A DNA stretch of 64,000 nt from an uncultured Gammaproteobacteria bacterium. GTDB taxonomy: Bacteria > Patescibacteriota > Patescibacteriia > UBA9934. Below the pieces are notes generated by a model. It saw only the letters and a program-made list of their open reading frames with translations. It ran no database searches and was not told where the DNA came from. The stretch covers positions 199,687-263,686 of the forward strand of contig CAZREA010000001.1 in assembly GCA_964599455.1 (NCBI GenBank), in the 5' to 3' direction. Shown here piece after piece: positions 19,790 to 28,807 of the stretch. The first letter of the stretch is position 1; each line of letters starts with the position of its first letter. Made by a program: the position numbers and the translations under genes.

Positions 19790-20278
19790 TTAATGAACAA
19801 GTGCGTTTATTTTCATTTTTGCTGCGCGAGGCTCTTTTTTTATACGTTGATATTTTGCCTTGATGGTTGCCGAAGCGATAACATGACCTTCTATGGCACG
19901 TTCAAGGATGTGTCGCTGTGTGCCGCGCGGAAGATCGAGCAGGCAATCAAGCGCAAACACAATAAAACGATATTCATGCTCACCATAACTCGGGCACGGG
20001 CCGCCATACCCAATTTCACTAAAATCGGTCTCGCCTTCCATCGCACCTTTGAGTGACGCGTCCTCGGGAAGAACGCGCATGGAGGGAGCAAGATTCCATA
20101 CGGACCAATGCAGCCAATTGCCACTTGGAGAATCGGGATCGTCGATGATGATTGCAAGACTCACGGCGTTTTCGGGAACATCAGCAAAACGCAACTCAGG
20201 ATTTACATCGTCGCCGTCACACGTATATTTCGGTGGAACCCTACCACCATCTTCGAACGCGGGACTCATGATGCGCAT
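19790..20278 (-). CDS. YbhB/YbcL (PEBP/Raf-kinase-inhibitor-like) family protein
   Basis: Motifs FEDGGRVPPKYTCDGDDVNPELRF, DPDSPSG...WLHWSVWNL and CPSYGEHEYRFIVFALD, typical of bacterial PEBP proteins. The start is uncertain (M14 or M17 of the ORF). Confidence 0.7.
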   Translation of the reverse strand: MRIMSPAFEDGGRVPPKYTCDGDDVNPELRFADVPENAVSLAIIIDDPDSPSGNWLHWSVWNLAPSMRVLPEDASLKGAMEGETDFSEIGYGGPCPSYGEHEYRFIVFALDCLLDLPRGTQRHILERAIEGHVIASATIKAKYQRIKKEPRAAKMKINALVH

Positions 20279-20650
20279 AACATTGCCAATGATATGTCCG
20301 CGCGTGATTCGCCACAAGAGAATTCATACACAGGGTAAACAAAAACGCCCATCACCGGAGTGATGAAGCGTTGTACTCCACAGTCCATCATCCTAAAAAA
20401 GGAGAAAACCTGGAGTGCGAGAAATGCGGCTACGACGCTCGTCCCACATGCACGTCGTAGTTCACCGGATGGAGAATCTCTTACGAGATCTCGCACAGCA
20501 TCCAGCTCAGTTCACGTTCAGGCAGCGTCAGGCGCAAGGAGGTGAAAGCGCCTTGAGATGTGCAGCCAGCAGACACACCCTTTAACCACCGCAAGAACAT
20601 GAACGAATCTATATTACAGGATCTCTCTTTTTTTGTAAAGCTCTTCGTCT

Positions 20651-21358
20651 TTAGGCTACTGTATCGGATTGATCTTGCATTACCGCATAAGCTCGTGCGA
20701 ATTCTTCAGGTGTACCAACGGGCATCCAAAAAGTCGCCTCGACCACATGTACTTTTTCTGTTCGCGCAAGTTCAGCAAGGGTATGCGGAACGCTTGCTTC
20801 AACACCGCTATCACGTACCGGAATCTCAACAACAGGAAGAGAAAAATAGCGACGATCAAGCATGTATGCTCCACAATTTTGCCAATGTTCAACCCCGACA
20901 ATCACATCGCCTTTTGGCATAAAACCGCGCAGAAGATTTTCATTACTTACCAAAAAAGGATATGCAACGGCATCACGCGTTAAACGTGCAAGCACCGCAA
21001 GCGGAAATTGCGTCAAACGAAAAAGATCTTCTTTGGCGTAGATATCATCTGCATTCGCCACTAAGGTTGGCTCGTGAATATCTTGCTGCAATAATTCAAG
21101 AGCGCCGCCTGTACCATCGAGAATACGCTGCGTTACATAGCGCACAGGAATACTTTGATACGATGCTCCGATATATTCCTGAATCATTTCACCAAGATAG
21201 CCAACGACGATAATAATCTCATCAATTGTTGGCGGCAGCGCATCAAGTACATGTTCAAGCAGCCGTTTGGATCCGACGGAAACGAGCGGCTTAGGCATCG
21301 TATCGGTAAACGGCTTTAATCGCGTTCCCTTCCCCGCCGCTAAAATCACTGCGCGCAT
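20651..21358 (-). CDS. sugar-phosphate nucleotidyltransferase (NTP_transferase family)
   Basis: N-terminal MRAVILAAGKGTRLKP...PKPLV signature of the glucose-1-P thymidylyl/mannose-1-P guanylyltransferase family. The start is trimmed to MRAVIL. Confidence 0.75.
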   Translation of the reverse strand: MRAVILAAGKGTRLKPFTDTMPKPLVSVGSKRLLEHVLDALPPTIDEIIIVVGYLGEMIQEYIGASYQSIPVRYVTQRILDGTGGALELLQQDIHEPTLVANADDIYAKEDLFRLTQFPLAVLARLTRDAVAYPFLVSNENLLRGFMPKGDVIVGVEHWQNCGAYMLDRRYFSLPVVEIPVRDSGVEASVPHTLAELARTEKVHVVEATFWMPVGTPEEFARAYAVMQDQSDTVA

Positions 21359-21359
21359 A

Positions 21360-21623
21360 TTATTTCTTTTCGCCACCAAGCACACGACGAATAGCAACGG
21401 TTAACAATACAATTACCAGCGTCATCAAGAATGCATAAAAGAATTTCGCGATCACATTTGATGCACCCGCAGGAAAGAATTCTTTAATCGCTGATGAGAT
21501 CGCATCATTCCACGCCAAACCCGCAACAACGGATAATGCCGCGGTAATATAGCCCATGAGTTGTTCACGAGTCGCTTGATGAAACTCTTGGGCTTCGGAT
21601 TTTATTTTTTCGATGGAGGGCAT
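21360..21623 (-). CDS. DUF5654-like small membrane protein
   Basis: 87 aa from MPSIEKIK, with the AGLAWNDAI motif and a C-terminal TM helix. The annotated 246-aa ORF is an out-of-context 5' extension that would overlap proS. Confidence 0.55.
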   Translation of the reverse strand: MPSIEKIKSEAQEFHQATREQLMGYITAALSVVAGLAWNDAISSAIKEFFPAGASNVIAKFFYAFLMTLVIVLLTVAIRRVLGGEKK

Positions 21624-21639
21624 AATTATGAATGACACC

Positions 21640-23070
21640 TCAATACGCTCTCGCGAAGATGACGCGCTTCGACGACGGCTTACCTGAAAAAATACACTTC
21701 CCCTCTTCTTCAACCGCATCAAAAGGAATGCAGCGAATGGTTGCATTGGTTTCTTCCTTAATCTTCGCTTCAACATCAGCATCACCGCACCAATGAGCAC
21801 GAACAAAATTACCATTCTCGATAGCAATCTTGAATTCCTCCCATGTATCAACGGAAACGGTTTTTTGTTCAAGATAGGATTTTGCTCGAGAGAAGAGCGT
21901 ATTCTGAATATCTTCGAGCAATGATTGCAACTCAGTTGCAATTGCATCAAAAGCGATATCAGACTTGTCTCCTGTGTCACGCCGTGCAGCAACAACTTTT
22001 CCGGCAGCAATATCTTTCGGTCCGATTTCCAAACGCACGGGCACACCTTTTTTCTCCCAAACAAAAATCTTTTCACCCGGACGACCTTCTTTTTCATCAA
22101 TCTTTATCCGGATTCCTTTTTCTTTTAATTGACCCCCGATTTCTCTTGCCTTAGCAAGCACGTCATCTTTTTGTTCGTCTTTAAACCACAAAGGAATAAT
22201 CACTACTTGGACAGCCGCAAGACGAGGAGGCACCACGAGACCCTTGTCATCACTATGCGTCATGATGAGGCCGCCGATCATGCGAGTAGACACGCCCCAA
22301 CTCGTTTGCCAACAATATTGCTCGATATTATTCTCATCGGTATATTTCACGCCAAATGCTTTGGCGAAATTTTGTCCAAGGTTATGTGACGTTCCGAATT
22401 GCAATGCCTTGCCATCTTGCATCATGGCTTCGATACAATACGTACGCAATGCTCCCGCAAACTTTTCCGACTCAGATTTTTGACCAGGAATAACCGGGAT
22501 AGCCATGACGTTTTCGGCAAAGTCACGATACACATCGAGCATCATGCGCGCGCGTTCGTCAGCCTCATCGTGGGTGGCATGCACCGTGTGCCCTTCTTGC
22601 CACAAGAATTCGGTGGTACGCAAAAACAGACGCGTGCGTTTTTCCCAACGCACAACGTTTGCCCATTGATTAATAAGAAGCGGCAAATCGCGATATGAAT
22701 GTACCCAGTCTTTAAACACTTCGTACATGATCGTTTCGGATGTTGGGCGAACAACAAGCGGTTCTTCGAGCTTGGCACCACCCGCATGCGTCACCGTCGC
22801 GACTTCGGGAGCAAAACCTTCAACGTGATCCTCCTCGCGCGTTAACAATGATTGGGGAATAAAAAGCGGGAAGTACGCATTTTCTACACCACTCTGTTTA
22901 AAACGATCGTCAAGCAGGCGCTGCATACGCTCCCAAATGGCATACCCGTATGGCTTGATAATCATGCAACCTTTGACCGGCGAATGCTCGGCCATGTCAG
23001 CAGCGGCAATAATATCGAGGTACCACTGGTTATAATCCTCGGCACGAGCGGTGATCTTTTTTTCTTGCAT
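21640..23070 (-). CDS. proS: proline--tRNA ligase, archaeal/eukaryotic type
   Basis: Class II aaRS motifs, no bacterial INS editing domain, a C-terminal Zn-binding region and the conserved terminal ...ARAY-COOH tyrosine. The start is trimmed to MQEKKITAR, about 477 aa. Confidence 0.9.
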   Translation of the reverse strand: MQEKKITARAEDYNQWYLDIIAAADMAEHSPVKGCMIIKPYGYAIWERMQRLLDDRFKQSGVENAYFPLFIPQSLLTREEDHVEGFAPEVATVTHAGGAKLEEPLVVRPTSETIMYEVFKDWVHSYRDLPLLINQWANVVRWEKRTRLFLRTTEFLWQEGHTVHATHDEADERARMMLDVYRDFAENVMAIPVIPGQKSESEKFAGALRTYCIEAMMQDGKALQFGTSHNLGQNFAKAFGVKYTDENNIEQYCWQTSWGVSTRMIGGLIMTHSDDKGLVVPPRLAAVQVVIIPLWFKDEQKDDVLAKAREIGGQLKEKGIRIKIDEKEGRPGEKIFVWEKKGVPVRLEIGPKDIAAGKVVAARRDTGDKSDIAFDAIATELQSLLEDIQNTLFSRAKSYLEQKTVSVDTWEEFKIAIENGNFVRAHWCGDADVEAKIKEETNATIRCIPFDAVEEEGKCIFSGKPSSKRVIFARAY

Positions 23071-23193
23071 ACTGGTAAAAAGTGTAATGAAAAAACGAGA
23101 AAGAGGCAAAACAAAAGCGCACCCGGTAGGCGATGTGCTCTTGCGGACATTACTGTCCTTTAAACACATCGCACCTAGGTGCGCACGGAGGAA

Positions 23194-23883
23194 TCACAGC
23201 TGACAGCTGGGATCCTCGAACAGCGCCCGCTCGATCCGCTCCATGTCGGTATCGGCGTCCTGATATGCGAGACGGTCGTCTCGCGCGTCGGCTTCACGGC
23301 GCTCCGTCGCCAGGCGGTCGAGCTCGGCCTCGAGCTCGTGGCGCTTGGCAACGCGCTCATCCAGATCGCCCGCGGGCTGGCGCAGGCGGAACGTGCCACG
23401 ATACTCCTTGAGGGAGATCGTGACCGTTCCTGTAGCCTGACTCCACTCGACCCAACCGGGGACGAATTGGGCACTCTCACCCTTAACAAACCAGTCCGAT
23501 CTGTCCAGCAGGCGCTTGACCGCTGGCCAGTCCAGGGGGATTCCCGGTCCGGCCATGGGGATGCTCTTCAGCCTCCCCTGCGCAATCTGATGGGCGGCGA
23601 TCCGGAACGGATTCAGCCGCCCGGTCAGGCCGAGCTCCTGCGCCAGGCGCAGGAGGGCGAGCGTGTGCGGACTGAGATCGGGCGGAAATTCCCGCCGTGT
23701 CAGATCACGATAACTGGTCCGCGGGGCGGACCCGGTCACCATGACTGTGCCGCCGAGGGACTTGCCCTCGGCGTCCCAGTAGACGTAGCCGCTGTGAATA
23801 GTCGCTCCGTAGACTGCGCCCAGGGGCGCGCCACGAAGAAGGGTGGGTCCGAGAACTTCAGGAAATCGCGTGATGTCACACAT
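23194..23883 (-). CDS. hypothetical protein in a high-GC (about 65%) island
   Basis: Start MCDITRF with a GGAGAG RBS at -5. The plus-strand ORF 23179-23925 is the GC-driven antisense frame. No known domain. The composition is strongly deviant from its neighbours. Confidence 0.4.
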   Translation of the reverse strand: MCDITRFPEVLGPTLLRGAPLGAVYGATIHSGYVYWDAEGKSLGGTVMVTGSAPRTSYRDLTRREFPPDLSPHTLALLRLAQELGLTGRLNPFRIAAHQIAQGRLKSIPMAGPGIPLDWPAVKRLLDRSDWFVKGESAQFVPGWVEWSQATGTVTISLKEYRGTFRLRQPAGDLDERVAKRHELEAELDRLATERREADARDDRLAYQDADTDMERIERALFEDPSCQL

Positions 23884-24146
23884 GGATCTCTCCAGCTTGG
23901 ACTGGGAACCGCCCAGTTCGGTTGAAGCGACAGGCAAGAACGTCTCGCCGCTTTGAATCACTTCGAATAAAGTATAGCAAAAAATGGAGCTTTTGTCAAA
24001 AAGAAAGAACTATTTCTTATCTAATATTAGCTCAGAAGTTAAAAACCTGATCATATATCTTTTTGGTAAAAAGCATGAGAAAAACAAAAAGAAAACACCG
24101 GTCGTGGTGCCAGTGTTCTCTTAAAAATATCTCTATCGAGAGTCTA

Positions 24147-25553
24147 TTACTTCTGTTCAATCGCCGTTCGTGCTCCCTTTCTTTGCCGAGGCTCCGCTTG
24201 AGAAGAAACTTTTACAGGAAGCGACGATCGAACTTCTTCAAGTTTTTCCTCAAGCAATGTCCGATCAACCATTTTTACAGCTTCAGCTGCGGCGATACTA
24301 CCAATTTTAAACATATACGCCGGATCCTTCTCGTTAATACCATGAGCTCTGCAAAAATTCTTATATTTGAAAAGTTCCTCGGCAAGCTCTCTAACCGTCT
24401 TCTCTCCTGTTAAACGTCTATCACGTAATCTTCTAAACTCTTCACGATACCAATTAAAATTATCATAAAAAAAAGCTTTTGCCGGAGGTAAATCACTTGG
24501 CATTTCTTTATATGCAAGATATGCCTTGTTAAATTCCATGAGTAGATTATGAATCTCCTCCGCCTCTTTCCTCTCTCCTCTTTCCTTTTCGCGATGATGA
24601 CGTTCTATGGCCGTAGTGAGACGCGCGGAAAGATCATTCGCATATGCGATGTCGATAGCTCGAACTTTTCGTTCTTTGTCGGTGATGGTGCCCGAGTAAT
24701 ATATTCCCTGCTCACGCTCGAACGCGGGGCCAAAACGCTGAGATATATTTTTCGCTAAAGACAGTATCTTTTTTTGCAATATGACCGATGAAACTTCTTC
24801 CCCTTCCCCATCTGTAAAAATTTCCGGACACTCAGCAGCAAGACTATGCAACATGGTATAAAAATCTTTCCGAAGAAGAACGGAAGAATAGGTATAGACC
24901 GTCTTTATACCATCGGGAAAACTTGCTCCATGGGGGCTAGGAACACTTCTTTGATTCGGCTCTGGCAACATATACCCATCTCCGGTTCCTACTGCCATAA
25001 AAGCCTTTTCAATGGCCTTTCGTTTTTCATCCGCCTCATCAAACATCGAGACCTCTTCTTGTCGGCCGATACTTGGAGGTTGTTTCAAGAAAATGTTTGC
25101 AGCAAATTCAGCCGCATCTTGCTCGGTAAGCGCATACAAAATTTCACGTACAGCTACGTCACGAGGTGTTTTAGCGGCTCGCCGCTCAATGCGCTCCAAG
25201 TCCTTCACTCTGCGTGATAATTCGTCGGAAAATATCCGCTTATAGTCACGTACCACTTGCCACGGCTCTTTTCCCAGAAGCGCCGAGGCACGACGCAAAA
25301 TACCATGCGTGATTTTTTCATTTTCAACCGCATTTTCAATAGCTCTTTCCCATTTCGCCTTCTCAACATCTTCATCCGCCTCACCTTTTTCGTATCGCTC
25401 CATTTTTGCAATACGAGCAGATTCTGCGTCGAGTGGAGCAATGTGGGCAGAAGCAGCATCAAGAGAAGCATCCTCAGGATTTTTTTCACGTTGCGTTTGG
25501 AATACCTCTTTCTGCAAACTCATCTCTCCTCGCCCCATCTTTGCTTTTGCCAT
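24147..25553 (-). CDS. hypothetical protein (468 aa, charged, alpha-helical)
   Basis: Long clean ORF with an E/K/R-rich N-terminus. No recognisable catalytic motif. Confidence 0.5.
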   Translation of the reverse strand: MAKAKMGRGEMSLQKEVFQTQREKNPEDASLDAASAHIAPLDAESARIAKMERYEKGEADEDVEKAKWERAIENAVENEKITHGILRRASALLGKEPWQVVRDYKRIFSDELSRRVKDLERIERRAAKTPRDVAVREILYALTEQDAAEFAANIFLKQPPSIGRQEEVSMFDEADEKRKAIEKAFMAVGTGDGYMLPEPNQRSVPSPHGASFPDGIKTVYTYSSVLLRKDFYTMLHSLAAECPEIFTDGEGEEVSSVILQKKILSLAKNISQRFGPAFEREQGIYYSGTITDKERKVRAIDIAYANDLSARLTTAIERHHREKERGERKEAEEIHNLLMEFNKAYLAYKEMPSDLPPAKAFFYDNFNWYREEFRRLRDRRLTGEKTVRELAEELFKYKNFCRAHGINEKDPAYMFKIGSIAAAEAVKMVDRTLLEEKLEEVRSSLPVKVSSQAEPRQRKGARTAIEQK

Positions 25554-25715
25554 AAGAAATCACAAAACTCGATATGGAGAAAGTATAACCCATACCGCGA
25601 GTCGCAACAAAATTATGCATCAAGAATAAACCCGAACAAAGAAAACAAAGAGCGCACCGATGGGACTACGCTCTCTGCAACGATTGAACGTTGAGGGCAT
25701 GGCCGCACCGATGCG

Positions 25716-26180
25716 CTAGGTGATTCGCGGTTTTGGCAGCCGCATGATCTGAAGGATAATGTCGATCCTCTGCGGGTGCGTCAGGCACCTCCCGGCTTCG
25801 AAGAGCGCCATCGCTACGCGATCGTTTTCAAGGTCCCTTCGCTCAATCGCGGAGAGAATGTTGTTCAACCCACCCCCGACCTGATTGTCGAAGTCGCAGA
25901 CGGTCATGATGCCGGACAAGGCCCGCTTGCCTCGCTGGGTAAGGAAAATGTGAGTCTTCCCATTTTCCCCTTGAGCTTCATCCTTGCAGATACGCGCTTC
26001 AACGAAGCCGAGCTCCGCTAGCGGGTCGTGGACCCAGATGTCGTCCTTCCACGGAACGGCTTCGTAATGCCCAGGCCTTCCGCCATCGACATCGGAGAGC
26101 CAACGAACCCAACGGTCGGGTCCCTGACACATGGCGCGAAGGTCGGAAATGAACTGGGGATCAGAAGAAAAACGAGACAT
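25716..26180 (-). CDS. hypothetical protein (GC-rich)
   Basis: Start trimmed to MSRFSSDPQF, about 154 aa. GC is moderately elevated relative to the flanks. Confidence 0.45.
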   Translation of the reverse strand: MSRFSSDPQFISDLRAMCQGPDRWVRWLSDVDGGRPGHYEAVPWKDDIWVHDPLAELGFVEARICKDEAQGENGKTHIFLTQRGKRALSGIMTVCDFDNQVGGGLNNILSAIERRDLENDRVAMALFEAGRCLTHPQRIDIILQIMRLPKPRIT

Positions 26181-26402
26181 GATATCCCTCCTGGTAGTGC
26201 TGATAGTAGGTGCGGCGCCACAGCCCTCAGTCAGACAGAGGGTGTGCGCAACGAAGAAATATAGCAAAAGAACGCCTTTTTGTAAAGGGAATGTACGAGA
26301 TGGGCTATTTTCGCAATAAAAGAAAATGCAGAACTGTTGGCAAAAGTAAGGACGTGTTAATAACGTTTAAAATGTTTCTCGAACCTTATCGTAGATAACG
26401 AA

Positions 26403-26450
26403 AAAGTCGCTAGCTTTGGCCTCTGCCAACCCTTTAGCGACTTCTTCGAA
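26403..26450 (-). terminator. rho-independent terminator for tRNA-Pro(CGG)
   Basis: On the minus strand: AAGTCGCTAAAGGGTTGGCagagGCCAAAGCTAGCGACTTTTTCGTT. Confidence 0.55.
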
Positions 26451-26467
26451 TGTGGGGATTTCTTGAA

Positions 26468-26543
26468 TGGTCGGGCTGGCGGGGCTCGAACCCACGACCT
26501 CGTCGTCCCGAACGACGCGCGCTACCAACTGCGCTACAGCCCG
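26468..26543 (-). tRNA. tRNA-Pro (anticodon CGG)
   Basis: Cloverleaf: acceptor CGGGCTG/CAGCCCG (C1-G72, A73), D-arm GCGC/GCGC with GG, anticodon loop TTCGGGA (CGG, G37), T-loop TTCGAGC, encoded CCA. Confidence 0.85.
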
Positions 26544-26560
26544 ATATTTTGTCGCCCAGG

Positions 26561-26589
26561 AGTATAGGAAAATACCCGAATATTTGCAA
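26561..26589 (-). promoter_or_regulatory. sigma70-like promoter for tRNA-Pro(CGG)
   Basis: On the minus strand: TTGCAA, a 17-nt spacer, then TATACT, about 16 nt upstream of the tRNA 5' end. Confidence 0.5.
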
Positions 26590-26656
26590 TCATCCCCAGC
26601 CTATTACAGATGTCAAATCGATGATAAACTAGGTACAAATTCTTTCATGCTCTTTT

Positions 26657-26962
26657 ATGAATCCAGAAACTCGCACCACAAAAATAGGAGATATCGAGAT
26701 TCCAGAAAAATATCAGGCTCTTTTTAAAAGTCTACTACAAAAATACGAAGCAACGCACGGCCCACAAACGGACGAAAAAAAACAAGAAATAGTAAAAGCC
26801 TGGATGAAAGTTGCTAAAATAAAAGAGGATAGAGCAAGAGAGGAGGCAAGAGAACATACTCGAGAATCTCTTGAAAAATACGAAGATCTCACGGAAGATT
26901 ATCGGGCAACAATGGAGCTCAGTGGAAGCACTGCAGGCAAAAGAGATCTTGAGGACGAATAA
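26657..26962 (+). CDS. hypothetical small protein
   Basis: 101 aa, K/E-rich with a helical character. No SD. Confidence 0.35.
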   Translation: MNPETRTTKIGDIEIPEKYQALFKSLLQKYEATHGPQTDEKKQEIVKAWMKVAKIKEDRAREEAREHTRESLEKYEDLTEDYRATMELSGSTAGKRDLEDE

Positions 26963-27056
26963 TATTCAAAAGGGATGCGGATCGTGAGATACGCATCTTT
27001 TTTTGACTCTATGATCATAATCATATAAATTTTTCAGGCAACCTCGGAGGTTTTTC

Positions 27057-27524
27057 ATGACACACGCTGAACTGATGGAGCTGTTTGCCGGCAAGCGCTG
27101 GATGCAGTTCCAGATCCACACACTCGATCAGCAACCAAAGATCGCGCTCGTAGGTGACGTCACTAGCATCACCATCGGTAAGCACGAACGCCTGGCGGTT
27201 GATCATACACGTCTCCACGAGAAGTACTGGAACGGTTGGAGGTCGCTCAGCAGCAAGGAGCCTTTCCTCGTTCCAGGACCCGCTGATCGACTCCTGATCT
27301 CGCAAACGCCACTTGGGCGTCTCGTCGTTCTCTCCGTCAACGCGCATTATCCCGAGGAATCGATCATCACCGTCTTCTTCCCGGAAGGGGATGAAGGAAC
27401 CATCGAGGAAACAGAGCTGGTCAAGATATATCCCATCGATCTGGCCACGATCGTCATCGTCCCAGAGTCCGCGTCGAGATACTCGCCAGGAGAAGATCCC
27501 AATTCGGAGGAAATTCCCTTCTGA
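27057..27524 (+). CDS. hypothetical protein (GC-rich segment)
   Basis: GGAGG 7 nt upstream of the ATG. The minus-strand ORF 27021-27560 is the antisense artefact. Confidence 0.45.
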   Translation: MTHAELMELFAGKRWMQFQIHTLDQQPKIALVGDVTSITIGKHERLAVDHTRLHEKYWNGWRSLSSKEPFLVPGPADRLLISQTPLGRLVVLSVNAHYPEESIITVFFPEGDEGTIEETELVKIYPIDLATIVIVPESASRYSPGEDPNSEEIPF

Positions 27525-27645
27525 CCGCACATGCGGGCAGGTTCCCGGCCACATGGCCAAAAAGAACCGCGCCCCGTGGTGCGGTCGCTTCTTTTGTTGG
27601 CAAGGAAGCTTTGTATTTCATGCTACACTTTTATTAAATATTTTT

Positions 27646-28632
27646 ATGCGTTCAACACTTTTTCTCACGGCATGCTTACTCACGCTTCTTTCAAATCTGA
27701 TCGGCACCACGGTAACTCAAGCCGCATCCATGGATCAGATTCGCGGACGAATCGTGATTCAGACGGAGGATCATGGCGAAGCATGGTACATCCTTCCCAC
27801 TGAAACGGTACGCTTTTACATTAAAAACGGAGATGCTGCGTATGCAGCTCTGCGTAACTTCGGGCTTGGCATTTCCAACGACGACTTGTCGCAAATTCCG
27901 CTCGGCATACAATTACCATCAAGCGATGACGATTCTACCCTTGACTCAGATGTCGATGGCTTGCCCGATAAACTCGAAGAGGCGCTCGGCACAGATGCTG
28001 ACTATTCCGATTCCGACAACGATGGATATACAGATACCGATGAATTACACGATGGCTACAATCCTCTTGGCTCAGAAAAACTCGCCACAAGCGAAGCGCT
28101 TGTTGAGCGTTTAAAGGGATACGTTCTTTTACAGGTTGAATCTCGTGGCGAGGCTTGGTACGTCAATCCTGCCGACGGCAAGCGTTACTACATGGCCAAT
28201 GGCGAATGGGCGTATGAAATCATGCAGTCGCTGAGTTTAGGAATTACGAATAACGATCTTTCGTATGTTCCCATCTATGATGGCGTGCTTGATTGCGGTG
28301 AAAGTATTGACTGTATGATCGGTTCAATCGAAGCGTTTACGGATTTTACCGGCGTTGTCGTAAGTGATATTTCCTTATTCGGTCGGCAAATTCAAACATG
28401 GAGTCAGCTGGACTACAGTACCACTCGTGGAGATGATGCACGCTACCCTTGGACATGGACGACGCTTCAGCAACTTGTTGACGGCGTTGAGCAAACAGAT
28501 GCAGTCGGCGTTGGACAGCATTGTCGCAGTACGTACTATACTGATCTTATTGATGTATTAAGTGAAGCAAAGTTAGGCAACTATTCCGATGACACTCCCT
28601 CAACTATGGTGTGCGAATCGTTTGGAGAGTAA
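27646..28632 (+). CDS. secreted protein with an internally duplicated about 60-aa domain and Asp-rich calcium-binding-like repeats
   Basis: Signal peptide MRSTLFLTACLLTLLSNLIGTTVTQAAS. Duplicated module (GEAWYILPTETVRFYIKNGDAAYAALRNFGLGISNDDLSQIP and GEAWYVNPADGKRYYMANGEWAYEIMQSLSLGITNNDLSYVP). A D-x-D-x-D-G thrombospondin-type-3-like stretch (DSDVDGLPD...DSDNDGYTDTDE). The annotated ORF 27313-28632 includes an out-of-frame-looking 5' extension. Confidence 0.55.
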   Translation: MRSTLFLTACLLTLLSNLIGTTVTQAASMDQIRGRIVIQTEDHGEAWYILPTETVRFYIKNGDAAYAALRNFGLGISNDDLSQIPLGIQLPSSDDDSTLDSDVDGLPDKLEEALGTDADYSDSDNDGYTDTDELHDGYNPLGSEKLATSEALVERLKGYVLLQVESRGEAWYVNPADGKRYYMANGEWAYEIMQSLSLGITNNDLSYVPIYDGVLDCGESIDCMIGSIEAFTDFTGVVVSDISLFGRQIQTWSQLDYSTTRGDDARYPWTWTTLQQLVDGVEQTDAVGVGQHCRSTYYTDLIDVLSEAKLGNYSDDTPSTMVCESFGE

Positions 28633-28636
28633 GAAA

Positions 28637-28670
28637 AATCACCGCATCTGCGGTGATTTTTTTATTGAGG
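28637..28670. terminator. bidirectional rho-independent terminator
   Basis: AAAAATCACCGCAtctGCGGTGATTTTTTTATT. Confidence 0.7.
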
Positions 28671-28716
28671 ACATCCCCCATAGCTCGACTACGGACATGT
28701 ATCGAGCGAAGGGGGA

Positions 28717-28804
28717 TGGCGGAGAGAGAGGGATTTGAACCCTCGATACCTTGCGGTATGCACGCTTTCCAAGCGTGTGCACTAGACCACTATGCGACCT
28801 CTCC
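28717..28804 (-). tRNA. tRNA-Ser (anticodon GGA)
   Basis: Class II tRNA: acceptor GGAGAGG, anticodon stem CACGC/GCGTG with loop TTGGAAA (GGA), long variable arm ATACC-gcaa-GGTAT, T-loop TTCAAAT, G73, encoded CCA. Confidence 0.8.
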
Positions 28805-28807
28805 ATG

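Noticed and set aside
21360-22100. 246-aa ORF overlapping the 3' end of proS
   Set aside because: Only the last 87 codons form the real gene, the DUF5654-like protein starting at MPSIEKIK. The upstream part is out-of-frame read-through over proS, with low-complexity composition.
23179-23925. 248-aa plus-strand ORF opposite the GC-rich gene
   Set aside because: GC-rich DNA generates long open frames on both strands. The minus-strand frame has the RBS and realistic amino-acid usage. The plus-strand product is Arg/Gly/Leu-biased, typical of antisense GC frames.
26450-26727. Plus-strand ORFs (26450-26632, 26467-26727) running across tRNA-Pro(CGG)
   Set aside because: They are translations of the tRNA gene and its promoter. 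The region is fully explained by a canonical tRNA cloverleaf on the minus strand.
27021-27560. 179-aa minus-strand ORF overlapping gene 27057-27524
   Set aside because: The same GC-driven antisense artefact. The plus-strand gene has GGAGG at optimal spacing.
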